DNA of 13,388 nucleotides, taken from NCBI GenBank assembly GCA_035387745.1, contig DAOOON010000008.1:10037-23424 (forward strand). Reading direction: 5' to 3'. Made by a program: the position numbers and the translations under genes. Below, piece by piece: positions 1-6,402 of this stretch. Source of the stretch: an archaeon. GTDB lineage: Archaea; Iainarchaeota; Iainarchaeia; Iainarchaeales; CSSED10-239. The notes beneath the pieces are model-generated. The model made no database searches. It saw nothing but the letters and a program-made list of their open reading frames with translations, and had not been told where the DNA came from. Position 1 is the stretch's first letter. Every line of letters begins with the position of its first letter.

Positions 1-1
1 T

Positions 2-84
2 GCAGAGGTGGCGGAGTGGTCAAACGCGCTAGCCTGCTAAGCTAGAGTCGAAAGACTACATGGGTTCAAATCCCATCCTCTGCG
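2..84 (+). tRNA. tRNA-Ser, anticodon GCU, class II (long variable arm), CCA not encoded
   Basis: Cloverleaf read by hand. Acceptor gcagagg (2-8) pairs with cctctgc (77-83), discriminator G84. D-stem gcg/cgc with loop gagtggtcaaa. Anticodon stem ctagc (29-33)/gctag (41-45), loop ctGCTaa, anticodon 36-38. Variable arm gtc-gaaa-gac. T-arm atggg-ttcaaat-cccat. A T-run (cttttt) follows directly. Confidence 0.93.
31..71. repeat. Left copy of a 41-bp perfect direct repeat (att-like), inside tRNA-Ser from the anticodon stem to the T-loop
   Basis: agcctgctaagctagagtcgaaagactacatgggttcaaat is identical at 31-71 and 911-951. Partial identity continues upstream (caaac at 21-25 and 901-905). Confidence 0.9.
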
Positions 85-324
85 CTTTTTATTCAAGTAA
101 GCATTTTGTTGTAAGTGAGCTTGTAGAGTGGATTAAAGGGAAGGACTTTGCTCACGACTACGAGACAGGACTAATTTCTAATATTTCTAGATTATTGTTG
201 AATAACGATAAAAGTATATATTTTTATTTTTCTAAGTGTATCTATTGTATGTTGTGTATGGTTAAATGGGATAGCAAGATATTTAAAGAGTTTTAGTCAG
301 TTAATAATATTTCGTGGTGGTAAT

Positions 325-981
325 TTGAAACACAACCAAAGAAAAGACAAATTTAATAGATTCTATAAAAGCAATTGGTTTATTATCTGGGTTGTGATTT
401 ATGGAATATTATATTATTTATCTACATTATTAATTACTGCTCTTGGAATTAGTAATTATTACATTAAAGTAATATTAATAGGAATATTAATTAGTATTAT
501 TGCAAGAGCAATATCCACTCATATACACAATTCTAATTTTAAGCTAAATTTTAATTTATTTATTTGGACATTAGTATATATTTTATTGTTATTTGGGTTT
601 AGATTTATATTATCTTATTTTGCCTTAAACCAATGGTTGGCTATTATTGTAATAGCATTAGGATTTTCAATATTTACTCATTTAATTAAAAAAATACCAT
701 TTGAAATTTTAGCGATAATTTGCATTATAATTTCTTGGATGTTTGCGGCGTTGTTATATGTAAATGAAAATGGATTTGATTTATCAAAATATATTTATAC
801 CAGTAATTCTTTATCTGAAAATTCAGATTTAAATCGCAATTCATTAAGATTAGCGTCAGGTAGTGGTTCTAAAGACTACACACCACACACTAACTACATA
901 CAAACTCATCAGCCTGCTAAGCTAGAGTCGAAAGACTACATGGGTTCAAATTTAATTATAAGTTATAGGCCTTTTATTTAG
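325..981 (+). CDS. Polytopic membrane protein of unknown family. Its last ~24 codons are encoded by the tRNA-derived repeat.
   Basis: A 218-codon ORF is long for this AT-rich DNA. TTG start preceded by ggtggtaat (SD-like). About six hydrophobic helices, then a Ser/Asn-rich tail ending ...QPAKLESKDYMGSNLIISYRPFI. A T6 run follows the stop. Confidence 0.6.
   Translation: MKHNQRKDKFNRFYKSNWFIIWVVIYGILYYLSTLLITALGISNYYIKVILIGILISIIARAISTHIHNSNFKLNFNLFIWTLVYILLLFGFRFILSYFALNQWLAIIVIALGFSIFTHLIKKIPFEILAIICIIISWMFAALLYVNENGFDLSKYIYTSNSLSENSDLNRNSLRLASGSGSKDYTPHTNYIQTHQPAKLESKDYMGSNLIISYRPFI
911..951. repeat. Right copy of the 41-bp direct repeat: a partial tRNA-Ser copy (att-like remnant) embedded in the 3' end of CDS 325..981
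   Basis: Exact 41/41 match to 31-71 at an offset of 880 bp. It lacks the acceptor and D arms, so it is not a functional tRNA. Confidence 0.9.
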
Positions 982-1017
982 GTTTTTTAAATATAACTAA
1001 TTGGTTTTATGTTTTCA

Positions 1018-1368
1018 CTACAAGGGGATTATAAAACCAGATAAAAAAGAAGCAAGATTCAGAACTATGGAAAGTAAAAGTAACTTTTTCTTATCTTTTT
1101 CTAAAACATAAAATAATATTTTCCATTCTACAAAAACAATTGTTATTTCAAGAACAATAGTTATTGCAAAAATTACATTATATACTATTTGGAAATTATA
1201 GCAAATAAGCAAAATGTAATTCAATAGCGGATTAGTAAGTAAATTTATTAAAAGAACAACGACTAGTGATTTCTTGTCTTTATAGCCAAAAAAGAAAGCA
1301 ATAATGCATTCAATTATAATTGTAAAAACTAATGCTATTAATAGATTTGTAATATATTGTGGGATCAT
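1018..1368 (-). CDS. Small 4-TM membrane protein (116 aa), unknown family; last gene of the 2851->1018 operon
   Basis: Its ATG overlaps the upstream stop (ATGA at 1365-1368). It has four hydrophobic segments with intramembrane Glu residues (IIIECII, LEITIVFVEW), an NLLTNP motif and no His. Confidence 0.65.
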   Translation of the reverse strand: MIPQYITNLLIALVFTIIIECIIAFFFGYKDKKSLVVVLLINLLTNPLLNYILLICYNFQIVYNVIFAITIVLEITIVFVEWKILFYVLEKDKKKLLLLSIVLNLASFLSGFIIPL

Positions 1369-1553
1369 GGTTTTTTAGTATTTAATAAGGTGTTTTTCTT
1401 AATTTTTAGTATAGATATAACAATAAACACAATTATTGTTATAACAACCCCAGGCAGAAGTATCCACAAAAAAATAATCTCTTCGGGGGTGTGTACAACA
1501 ACCCTATCGGCATAGGTAAAATTTAGTAATGCAAGAATTGCAGAAATCATCAA
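1365..1553 (-). CDS. Mini membrane peptide, paralog 2: signal peptide, YA|D cleavage-like site, one TM, Lys-rich tail
   Basis: Paralogous to 1584..1790, sharing LLN-x-x-YAD-x-V, TP-x-E-x-II and a TM followed by KIKK. The track start is TTG at 1553. The next codon (ending at 1550) is ATG and is the more likely start. Confidence 0.55.
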   Translation of the reverse strand: MMISAILALLNFTYADRVVVHTPEEIIFLWILLPGVVITIIVFIVISILKIKKNTLLNTKKP

Positions 1554-1583
1554 AATAAATTTATATTTTTTAATGTTATCGCC

Positions 1584-1790
1584 TTATTTTTTTGTGAGTT
1601 GTGCCTTGATTTTTTTTATTAGAAATATAGCAACACAGATAATCCCTACAACAACTGCCCCAACAATAATTATCGCAGCCACAGGGATTATATATTCAAA
1701 AGGCGTTGGAGCCAAAACCACATCTGCATAAATTATATTTAATAAAGATACTAGTCCAATTAAAACTAATAGCATTTTATTATTCATCAT
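1584..1790 (-). CDS. Mini membrane peptide, paralog 1: signal peptide, YA|D cleavage-like site, one TM, Lys-rich tail
   Basis: Its ATG overlaps the stop of the upstream transporter gene (ATGA at 1787-1790). The 68-aa product reads MMNNKMLLVLIGLVSLLNIIYA/DVVLAPTPFEY + TM + KKIKAQLTKK. Confidence 0.6.
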   Translation of the reverse strand: MMNNKMLLVLIGLVSLLNIIYADVVLAPTPFEYIIPVAAIIIVGAVVVGIICVAIFLIKKIKAQLTKK

Positions 1791-2851
1791 TTTTTATTCG
1801 CCTTATTATAATAGTTTAAACCAAAGTATATTACAACAGTAGAAATTAAAACCATTGCTAAAATTACAAAATTATTAGATAATGTGCTTTTTAAGCTTGT
1901 AAATGTAAAGATGGCGCCGATTTCTAAAGCAAGACAAGTTAAACCAAATGCAAATCCTGGTCTTCCTGGTAATGTGTTTGAGATTGCCACAAGAGTGATT
2001 GGCATAGTCATATTAAATAAGAACATCCCAAGGATTCCAAGCAAAGGATAATTTACTCCAAAAAACAATAATGGTGCAGAAACAAGTAAAGAGATTATTG
2101 CAACTCTTTTCCATCCAAATTTATCTCCTAAATAACCACCTAGTGCTTTTCCTAAGACCACGCCAAAAGTTAATGCAACAAGCAAAGATAATGTGGATTT
2201 CCAAGGAAAGATTATTGCTAAACCAACAATTGATCTTAAGGCAATTGTTAATAGTAATAGCAATAAAATTAATTCTAAATAATTGGTGTTGGTTTTACTA
2301 GTATCATAATCAATCTTAGGAGTTTTAATAATATACATTAAAAAACAAGCAACTAAAAGGCAAATTACAAAAGGCAATGCTGAGAAATTTCCAATTTTAC
2401 CTATAAGTGTTCCAACAAATAAGCCTAAGGCCCCAGGAGCCACAAATATTCCAGGCATTGTTGCTTTTCTATTGTCCAGATTAAGCGTTATTGTTCCTCC
2501 GCCAATATGGAAAAAAGCATTACCAATACCTGCAAGAATTATTGAGATAATTGGCGAAAATAAAACAAAAATAGCAGATAATCCAACAAGTATTGAACCA
2601 ATTACTGCTGACTCTCTAGGGCACTTATATTTATCAGTAAGTAATCCTATAAATGGTTGAAAACCAAAAGCTAATAGATTATAGAGAATTACTAATAAAA
2701 AAAGTGTAGAGGAATTAACTTTTTGTGTGAAATATAGATTAAAAATTACTGCTGCACAAGTTGCATCAATAAGGAAATGTGCCAAACTATAAACCATTAA
2801 ATTACCAAAAATATTTTTCTTAACAACTTGCATAAAATTTATAAGAAACAT
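1787..2851 (-). CDS. 12-TM transporter, MFS-like (short form)
   Basis: I count 12 hydrophobic segments arranged 6+6. Motif-A-like loops sit after TM2 (GLLTDKYKCPRE) and after TM8 (GGYLGDKFGWKRV), as in the major facilitator superfamily. A TATA-like tctatataaaa lies upstream. Confidence 0.55.
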   Translation of the reverse strand: MFLINFMQVVKKNIFGNLMVYSLAHFLIDATCAAVIFNLYFTQKVNSSTLFLLVILYNLLAFGFQPFIGLLTDKYKCPRESAVIGSILVGLSAIFVLFSPIISIILAGIGNAFFHIGGGTITLNLDNRKATMPGIFVAPGALGLFVGTLIGKIGNFSALPFVICLLVACFLMYIIKTPKIDYDTSKTNTNYLELILLLLLLTIALRSIVGLAIIFPWKSTLSLLVALTFGVVLGKALGGYLGDKFGWKRVAIISLLVSAPLLFFGVNYPLLGILGMFLFNMTMPITLVAISNTLPGRPGFAFGLTCLALEIGAIFTFTSLKSTLSNNFVILAMVLISTVVIYFGLNYYNKANKK

Positions 2852-2947
2852 AACCTTTTTATAAAGATAATAATTAGTTAGTTTATTTTATATAGAAAAC
2901 CATAGTTTTTTAAGCATAATCTCGTTTCTTATTTTTAGGTGATTAAA

Positions 2948-3142
2948 ATGTTTGAATGTATTAATAAGAAAATAAAAAAATATACCTGGAGACAAATTGC
3001 TTGTATTAAGCTTTCTGTTCTTTTCTTTACCTTAATGATTGCTAAGCTTTGGCCAGGAATCTTAGGGCTTAATTGGTATGTCTATATGATATTAGCAATA
3101 ATCTTTATGATTAGACCAATGATTATGCTTTTAAAAAAGTAG
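2948..3142 (+). CDS. Small 2-TM membrane protein (64 aa from the ATG)
   Basis: The track ORF starts at GTG 2939. However, AGGTGA (2936-2941) sits 6 nt before the in-frame ATG at 2948, so I prefer the ATG. Two hydrophobic helices and a KK tail. Confidence 0.5.
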   Translation: MFECINKKIKKYTWRQIACIKLSVLFFTLMIAKLWPGILGLNWYVYMILAIIFMIRPMIMLLKK

Positions 3143-3211
3143 TTTTTCAAATAAAATATCTTTAAATATATAATGTATAATTATATTGATACAAGAAAAA
3201 AAGGAGTAATT

Positions 3212-3472
3212 ATGTTAAAAAAAAAACAAGATTCTGATAAAATATTACAAGAAACCATCTATGGAACTGGCGGCATACCAAAAGAAGAACCAGGAGCAGT
3301 AACTGTTGGGAAAAGTAAAAGAAGAAGAAATGAACAAAACTTTTTTCAAAAGATCGTGAGCCCAAGAAAGATAGTTAGAGAAGAACACAAAGAGAAAAAG
3401 CCAGGCTTCTTTTCAAATCTATTTGGTCCAAAGTTTAAGAGAAGAAAAGGCAAAGGACTAGATGGTTTTTAG
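3212..3472 (+). CDS. Small, highly basic Lys/Arg-rich protein (86 aa), unknown function
   Basis: AAGGAG at 3201-3206 precedes ATG 3212, which I prefer over the track start at 3173. Its stop TAG abuts the next ATG (TAGATG at 3470-3475). Contains KSKRRRN and KFKRRKGKG clusters. Confidence 0.5.
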   Translation: MLKKKQDSDKILQETIYGTGGIPKEEPGAVTVGKSKRRRNEQNFFQKIVSPRKIVREEHKEKKPGFFSNLFGPKFKRRKGKGLDGF

Positions 3473-3844
3473 ATGACCAAAATAAACAAATTTATTTATT
3501 GGACACCAAGGATATTATCTATTCTTTTTATACTTTTTTTAGCCCTGTTTTCTTTAGATGTTATTACACCTGAAGCTAGCCTTAGTGAAATAATTATTGG
3601 TTTATTTATGCACAATATTCCGGTGTTTATTCTTACAGCAATACTTATAATTTCCTGGAAAAAAGAAATAGTTGGTGGCGTTATTTTTTGTCTTGCAGGG
3701 TTACTTTATCTTGTTAATGTTGTGATAACAATAATTAGAACCCCCCCTTTTGTGTGGCAGTATATCATTCCCATTTTATTGATTTCCGGGCCTGCTTTTC
3801 TTATTGGAATTTTATTTTTAATTGGCTGGTTTCAAAAGAAATAG
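3473..3844 (+). CDS. 4-TM membrane protein (123 aa), unknown family
   Basis: Its start abuts the preceding stop. It has four clear hydrophobic segments. Confidence 0.6.
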   Translation: MTKINKFIYWTPRILSILFILFLALFSLDVITPEASLSEIIIGLFMHNIPVFILTAILIISWKKEIVGGVIFCLAGLLYLVNVVITIIRTPPFVWQYIIPILLISGPAFLIGILFLIGWFQKK

Positions 3845-3847
3845 ATT

Positions 3848-5536
3848 TTAAGTTAATCTGTTATCTGGTGTTTCTGTAATTTCAAAGAAATTATTTAACT
3901 TATTATATAAGCAAGCAGTAATGGTTAGGCAATCGCTATTAGTTATACTCTCAATATCAGAATAACTTATATTTTTTTGGAAATAATCATTTAGTAAATC
4001 TGTGCCAATTTCAGGAATTATTGGAGTATACGATGGGTTATTATTTTGTATTTCTTGGTAAGCGTCTACTTTATCTTGTTGTTTTTGAAGTGATTTTTCT
4101 CGTTTTTCTTGTTCTAATTTATCTTGTTTTCTTTTATTTATAACAGCTGGTAATAATTCATTTATTTCATTACCTGATTTAGTAATCACGTTTCCAGAAA
4201 ATCCAAACATCTCTCTACATTCAAATTCAGTATCTTGATCTCCAATCCAAACTCTAAAATAACCTCCGTCTCCCCAGTGATCGCCAAAGCTATTTTTTAT
4301 AATCCAATATTCTTTGTTTCTTATTTTTTCTGTGCCCCAGCCAACCAGAAATAGTGCGTGGCCCATTGGTTCTGTATTTTTTTCAGAATTCAGTTTTTCC
4401 CACACCCCATGACCTGTAAACATCATTGAATCATAAAAGGCCATAGAAATAGCAACCGGCGTATGTTTTAATGCCTCTTTTATATTTTTTACAGTTTTTG
4501 AATTCTTTTTTTTGCAGTCAGTATTTTCAATTTCAATATAATTTTCTATAAAATATTTTGTCAAATTTTCTTGTTTTTTAGGAACAGTATATTTATATCT
4601 TACTGGGCTATCTAAACTGTCGTTATCCGATCCATCAGGACAGAGTTTACTATTTATTTCTGATGACGTAAATAATTCACTTATTGGAGAAATATTCATT
4701 CCACTCTTAGGAGTTTTAGATTTTTCTAATTTAATGATTTCACAAGAGTCGTAACTTACATATTTTAATTGTTCTTCTAATGGAACACCTAAAGGCACTT
4801 CTCCTACAGCTAAACTCAATTGTGTCTTTGTTATAAGCTTCCTTTTGGAATTTAATTTGTTGCTGTTGTTAAGTTCTGTATTTATTTTTTCTTTAAAATA
4901 GTTGTTTATATTTTGTGGGCTATATCCAGCCAAGGTTAATAAATTAATATAATACATAGAAATTTCCCCGCCGCACCCCATAAAACTACTATATGAGATA
5001 AGATACTGTTCTGATAAATTAATTCTTTTAGAACCAGTATAATTTAATTTTCTATTAATGTATCCCTCCATTGCACCCAATATTGAAAACGCTTTACAAG
5101 AACCGCAACTAATCTGTTCTTTTCCTGGAGTAATGTATTCTTTCCAATTTATTTCATCATTATATTCGTAAACCATCGGAGAAATAACTGCATCCGTTAA
5201 TAAAAAAAATCCTGTGTTTCCGGTTTTTTCTTTTTTTTGAGAATTAATGTCATCAGTATTTTGATTTTCAGGAAAAAATTCGTTTACATTGTCTATATTA
5301 AATATTTGTTTGTCGTTTGTATTGTATTCAGGGAATTCATAACCTAAAGGGATATTTAATATTTCGTCCGAATAATCTTTAGCAACCCAAGATGCGTTTT
5401 GTGCTCTTAATTGTTCATTAATAAGATCTGCACGCGTTGGGGTTTTATTTATAGAATAAACAGAGGCGAATATAAATACTCCGATAATTATTATTGTAAT
5501 AATTATTGCAAATATTGTGTTTCTTTTTTTGTTCAT
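3848..5536 (-). CDS. Membrane-anchored papain-like cysteine protease (peptidase family C1) with a large internal insertion and a C-terminal extension
   Basis: N-terminal TM anchor (residues ~8-27). The papain signature is present: QISCGSC-KAFS (Gln141, catalytic Cys147 at nt 5096-5098), GHALFLVGWG (His393 at nt 4358-4360) and YWIIKNSFGDHWGDGGYF (Asn415 at nt 4292-4294). A tttttatatatta TATA-like box lies ~20-30 nt upstream of the ATG. Confidence 0.85.
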   Translation of the reverse strand: MNKKRNTIFAIIITIIIIGVFIFASVYSINKTPTRADLINEQLRAQNASWVAKDYSDEILNIPLGYEFPEYNTNDKQIFNIDNVNEFFPENQNTDDINSQKKEKTGNTGFFLLTDAVISPMVYEYNDEINWKEYITPGKEQISCGSCKAFSILGAMEGYINRKLNYTGSKRINLSEQYLISYSSFMGCGGEISMYYINLLTLAGYSPQNINNYFKEKINTELNNSNKLNSKRKLITKTQLSLAVGEVPLGVPLEEQLKYVSYDSCEIIKLEKSKTPKSGMNISPISELFTSSEINSKLCPDGSDNDSLDSPVRYKYTVPKKQENLTKYFIENYIEIENTDCKKKNSKTVKNIKEALKHTPVAISMAFYDSMMFTGHGVWEKLNSEKNTEPMGHALFLVGWGTEKIRNKEYWIIKNSFGDHWGDGGYFRVWIGDQDTEFECREMFGFSGNVITKSGNEINELLPAVINKRKQDKLEQEKREKSLQKQQDKVDAYQEIQNNNPSYTPIIPEIGTDLLNDYFQKNISYSDIESITNSDCLTITACLYNKLNNFFEITETPDNRLT

Positions 5537-5618
5537 ATTTATTGTCTCTATATAATATATAAAAATGAATGTTTATAACTCTTTTTATCCTAAATTATAT
5601 ATTGTAGGTTTATTTCTC

Positions 5619-5701
5619 TCGGTTAACCATTGCGCGTGAGCCGAGCGAAACAGTAAAGTGCCATACAATATTGTAGCTGCGCGTTGACCGAGCGCAACCG
5701 G
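5619..5701. other. GC-rich structured island: two similar hairpins flanking a 12-bp palindrome. Candidate small RNA, tRNA-derived relic or operator.
   Basis: By hand count, 5618-5705 is about half G+C, against obviously AT-rich flanks. There is a 17-nt imperfect direct repeat, tgcgcgtGAGccgagcg (5631-5647) and tgcgcgtTGAccgagcg (5678-5694), 14/17 identical. Each copy can form a GC stem with a 9-nt loop. The palindrome tacaatattgta is at 5664-5675. An outer pairing tcggtt (5619-5624)/aaccgg (5696-5701) is possible. Confidence 0.3.
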
Positions 5702-5705
5702 TCAT

Positions 5706-5787
5706 GCTAGGGTTTCCGAGCGGTCAAAGGAGCCAGACTCAAGATCTGGTGCTTAGTGCTTCGCAGGTTCGAATCCTGCCCTTAGCA
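5706..5787 (+). tRNA. tRNA-Leu, anticodon CAA, class II, CCA not encoded
   Basis: Acceptor gctaggg (5706-5712) pairs with ccttagc (5780-5786), including one G-U; discriminator A5787. D region ccgagcggtcaaagg. Anticodon stem ccaga/tctgg with loop ctCAAga (anticodon 5740-5742). Long variable arm. T-arm gcagg-ttcgaat-cctgc. Confidence 0.92.
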
Positions 5788-5803
5788 TTTAACTTTTATT
5801 AAG

Positions 5804-6388
5804 ATGTTTATGAAATTTGAAAGCGTAATATTAAATAACAAAGAAGACGTTATAACATTTCTTAAAAGAGAAGAACTGATTAATCAATTGTATGAATTAG
5901 AGTACACCAATAATTTAATACAGTATAAAAAAGAAAAATATATTAAAACACTAAAGGAAAATCTATATTATGGGACGCAAAACTCAAGAGAAAATGGAGT
6001 TTATATTAATTTATTACATGAAAATAATAAAATAATTGGATTTTCTATAGCAAATAAAGAAGATAAAGAAAGAGCATATATTGGAAGGATTGCAATTAGA
6101 AAAGAATATCAAGCAAAGGGGCTTGGTAAGAAACTATTGATTAATACTGTTGCAAAATTAAGAACTAGGGGTTTTTCTGAGATAGAATTAACTGCTAAGC
6201 CAGCGCTGCATAGACTTCTTAAGCAACTAACTGCTCAAGAAAAAATAAATGGTAAAAGAAGACAATATAATTCCGATTTTAAATATTCTATGAGTACTAG
6301 AAAATTAGATCCACAAAAAAATGAACCAGTAACAATAGAAATTAAAAAGAAAAAAAGACCAATAATTAAACCAAAATTAAAAATATAA
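5804..6388 (+). CDS. GNAT-family N-acetyltransferase with a Lys-rich C-terminal tail
   Basis: Acetyl-CoA-binding motif A reads IGRIAIRKEYQAKGLGKKLL (the Q/R-x-x-G-x-G/A pattern), followed by ...GFSEIELTA. The tail is KKKKRPIIKPKLKI. An alternative ATG lies at 5810. Confidence 0.75.
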   Translation: MFMKFESVILNNKEDVITFLKREELINQLYELEYTNNLIQYKKEKYIKTLKENLYYGTQNSRENGVYINLLHENNKIIGFSIANKEDKERAYIGRIAIRKEYQAKGLGKKLLINTVAKLRTRGFSEIELTAKPALHRLLKQLTAQEKINGKRRQYNSDFKYSMSTRKLDPQKNEPVTIEIKKKKRPIIKPKLKI

Positions 6389-6402
6389 AATCACGTGCTA
6401 TT

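Larger units (their letters stand above)
31..951 (+). mobile_element. Candidate tRNA-integrated mini-cassette (880-bp unit) bounded by the 41-bp repeats; no recombinase gene inside
   Basis: The architecture is intact tRNA, then insert, then a partial 3'-side tRNA copy downstream. That is the usual footprint of site-specific integration. The ORFs at both ends read through the repeats in the same frame (see findings). Confidence 0.4.

Noticed and set aside
60-296. Track ORF of 78 aa starting at an ATG inside tRNA-Ser, considered as an independent gene
   Set aside because: Its start codon lies within the tRNA variable arm/T-stem, and it has no ribosome-binding site of its own. I treat it as the displaced 3' part of the split ORF discussed in the first finding, not as a stand-alone CDS.
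31-951. SSV-type integrase gene split by its own att site
   Set aside because: The split-gene geometry fits. However, the reconstructed 283-aa product is a polytopic membrane protein with no recognisable tyrosine-recombinase R..HxxR..Y pattern. No integrase-like ORF exists anywhere in the window.
1018-1368. Assigning the 116-aa 4-TM protein to the SMR (EmrE-like) or CPBP/Abi protease families
   Set aside because: Its size, 4-TM layout and TM1 Glu recall SMR, but the surrounding motif does not match. The CPBP families need conserved His residues, and this protein contains no His. It is left unassigned.
2071-2660. Plus-strand ORFs 2071..2301 and 2472..2660
   Set aside because: Both lie entirely antisense within the 12-TM transporter gene. 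Their products are low-complexity mirror-frame translations with no RBS, so they are probably spurious.
3173-3211. N-terminal extension (MYNYIDTRKKGVI) of the basic protein as given in the track
   Set aside because: The AAGGAG site sits inside this extension, directly upstream of the internal ATG at 3212. The longer start has no comparable signal.
5619-5701. Calling the GC-rich island a genuine tRNA or a split-tRNA half
   Set aside because: I could not draw a cloverleaf with a 7-bp acceptor stem, an anticodon arm and a T-loop (no GTTCRA-type T-loop) on either strand. Only the acceptor/D-arm-like similarity is present.
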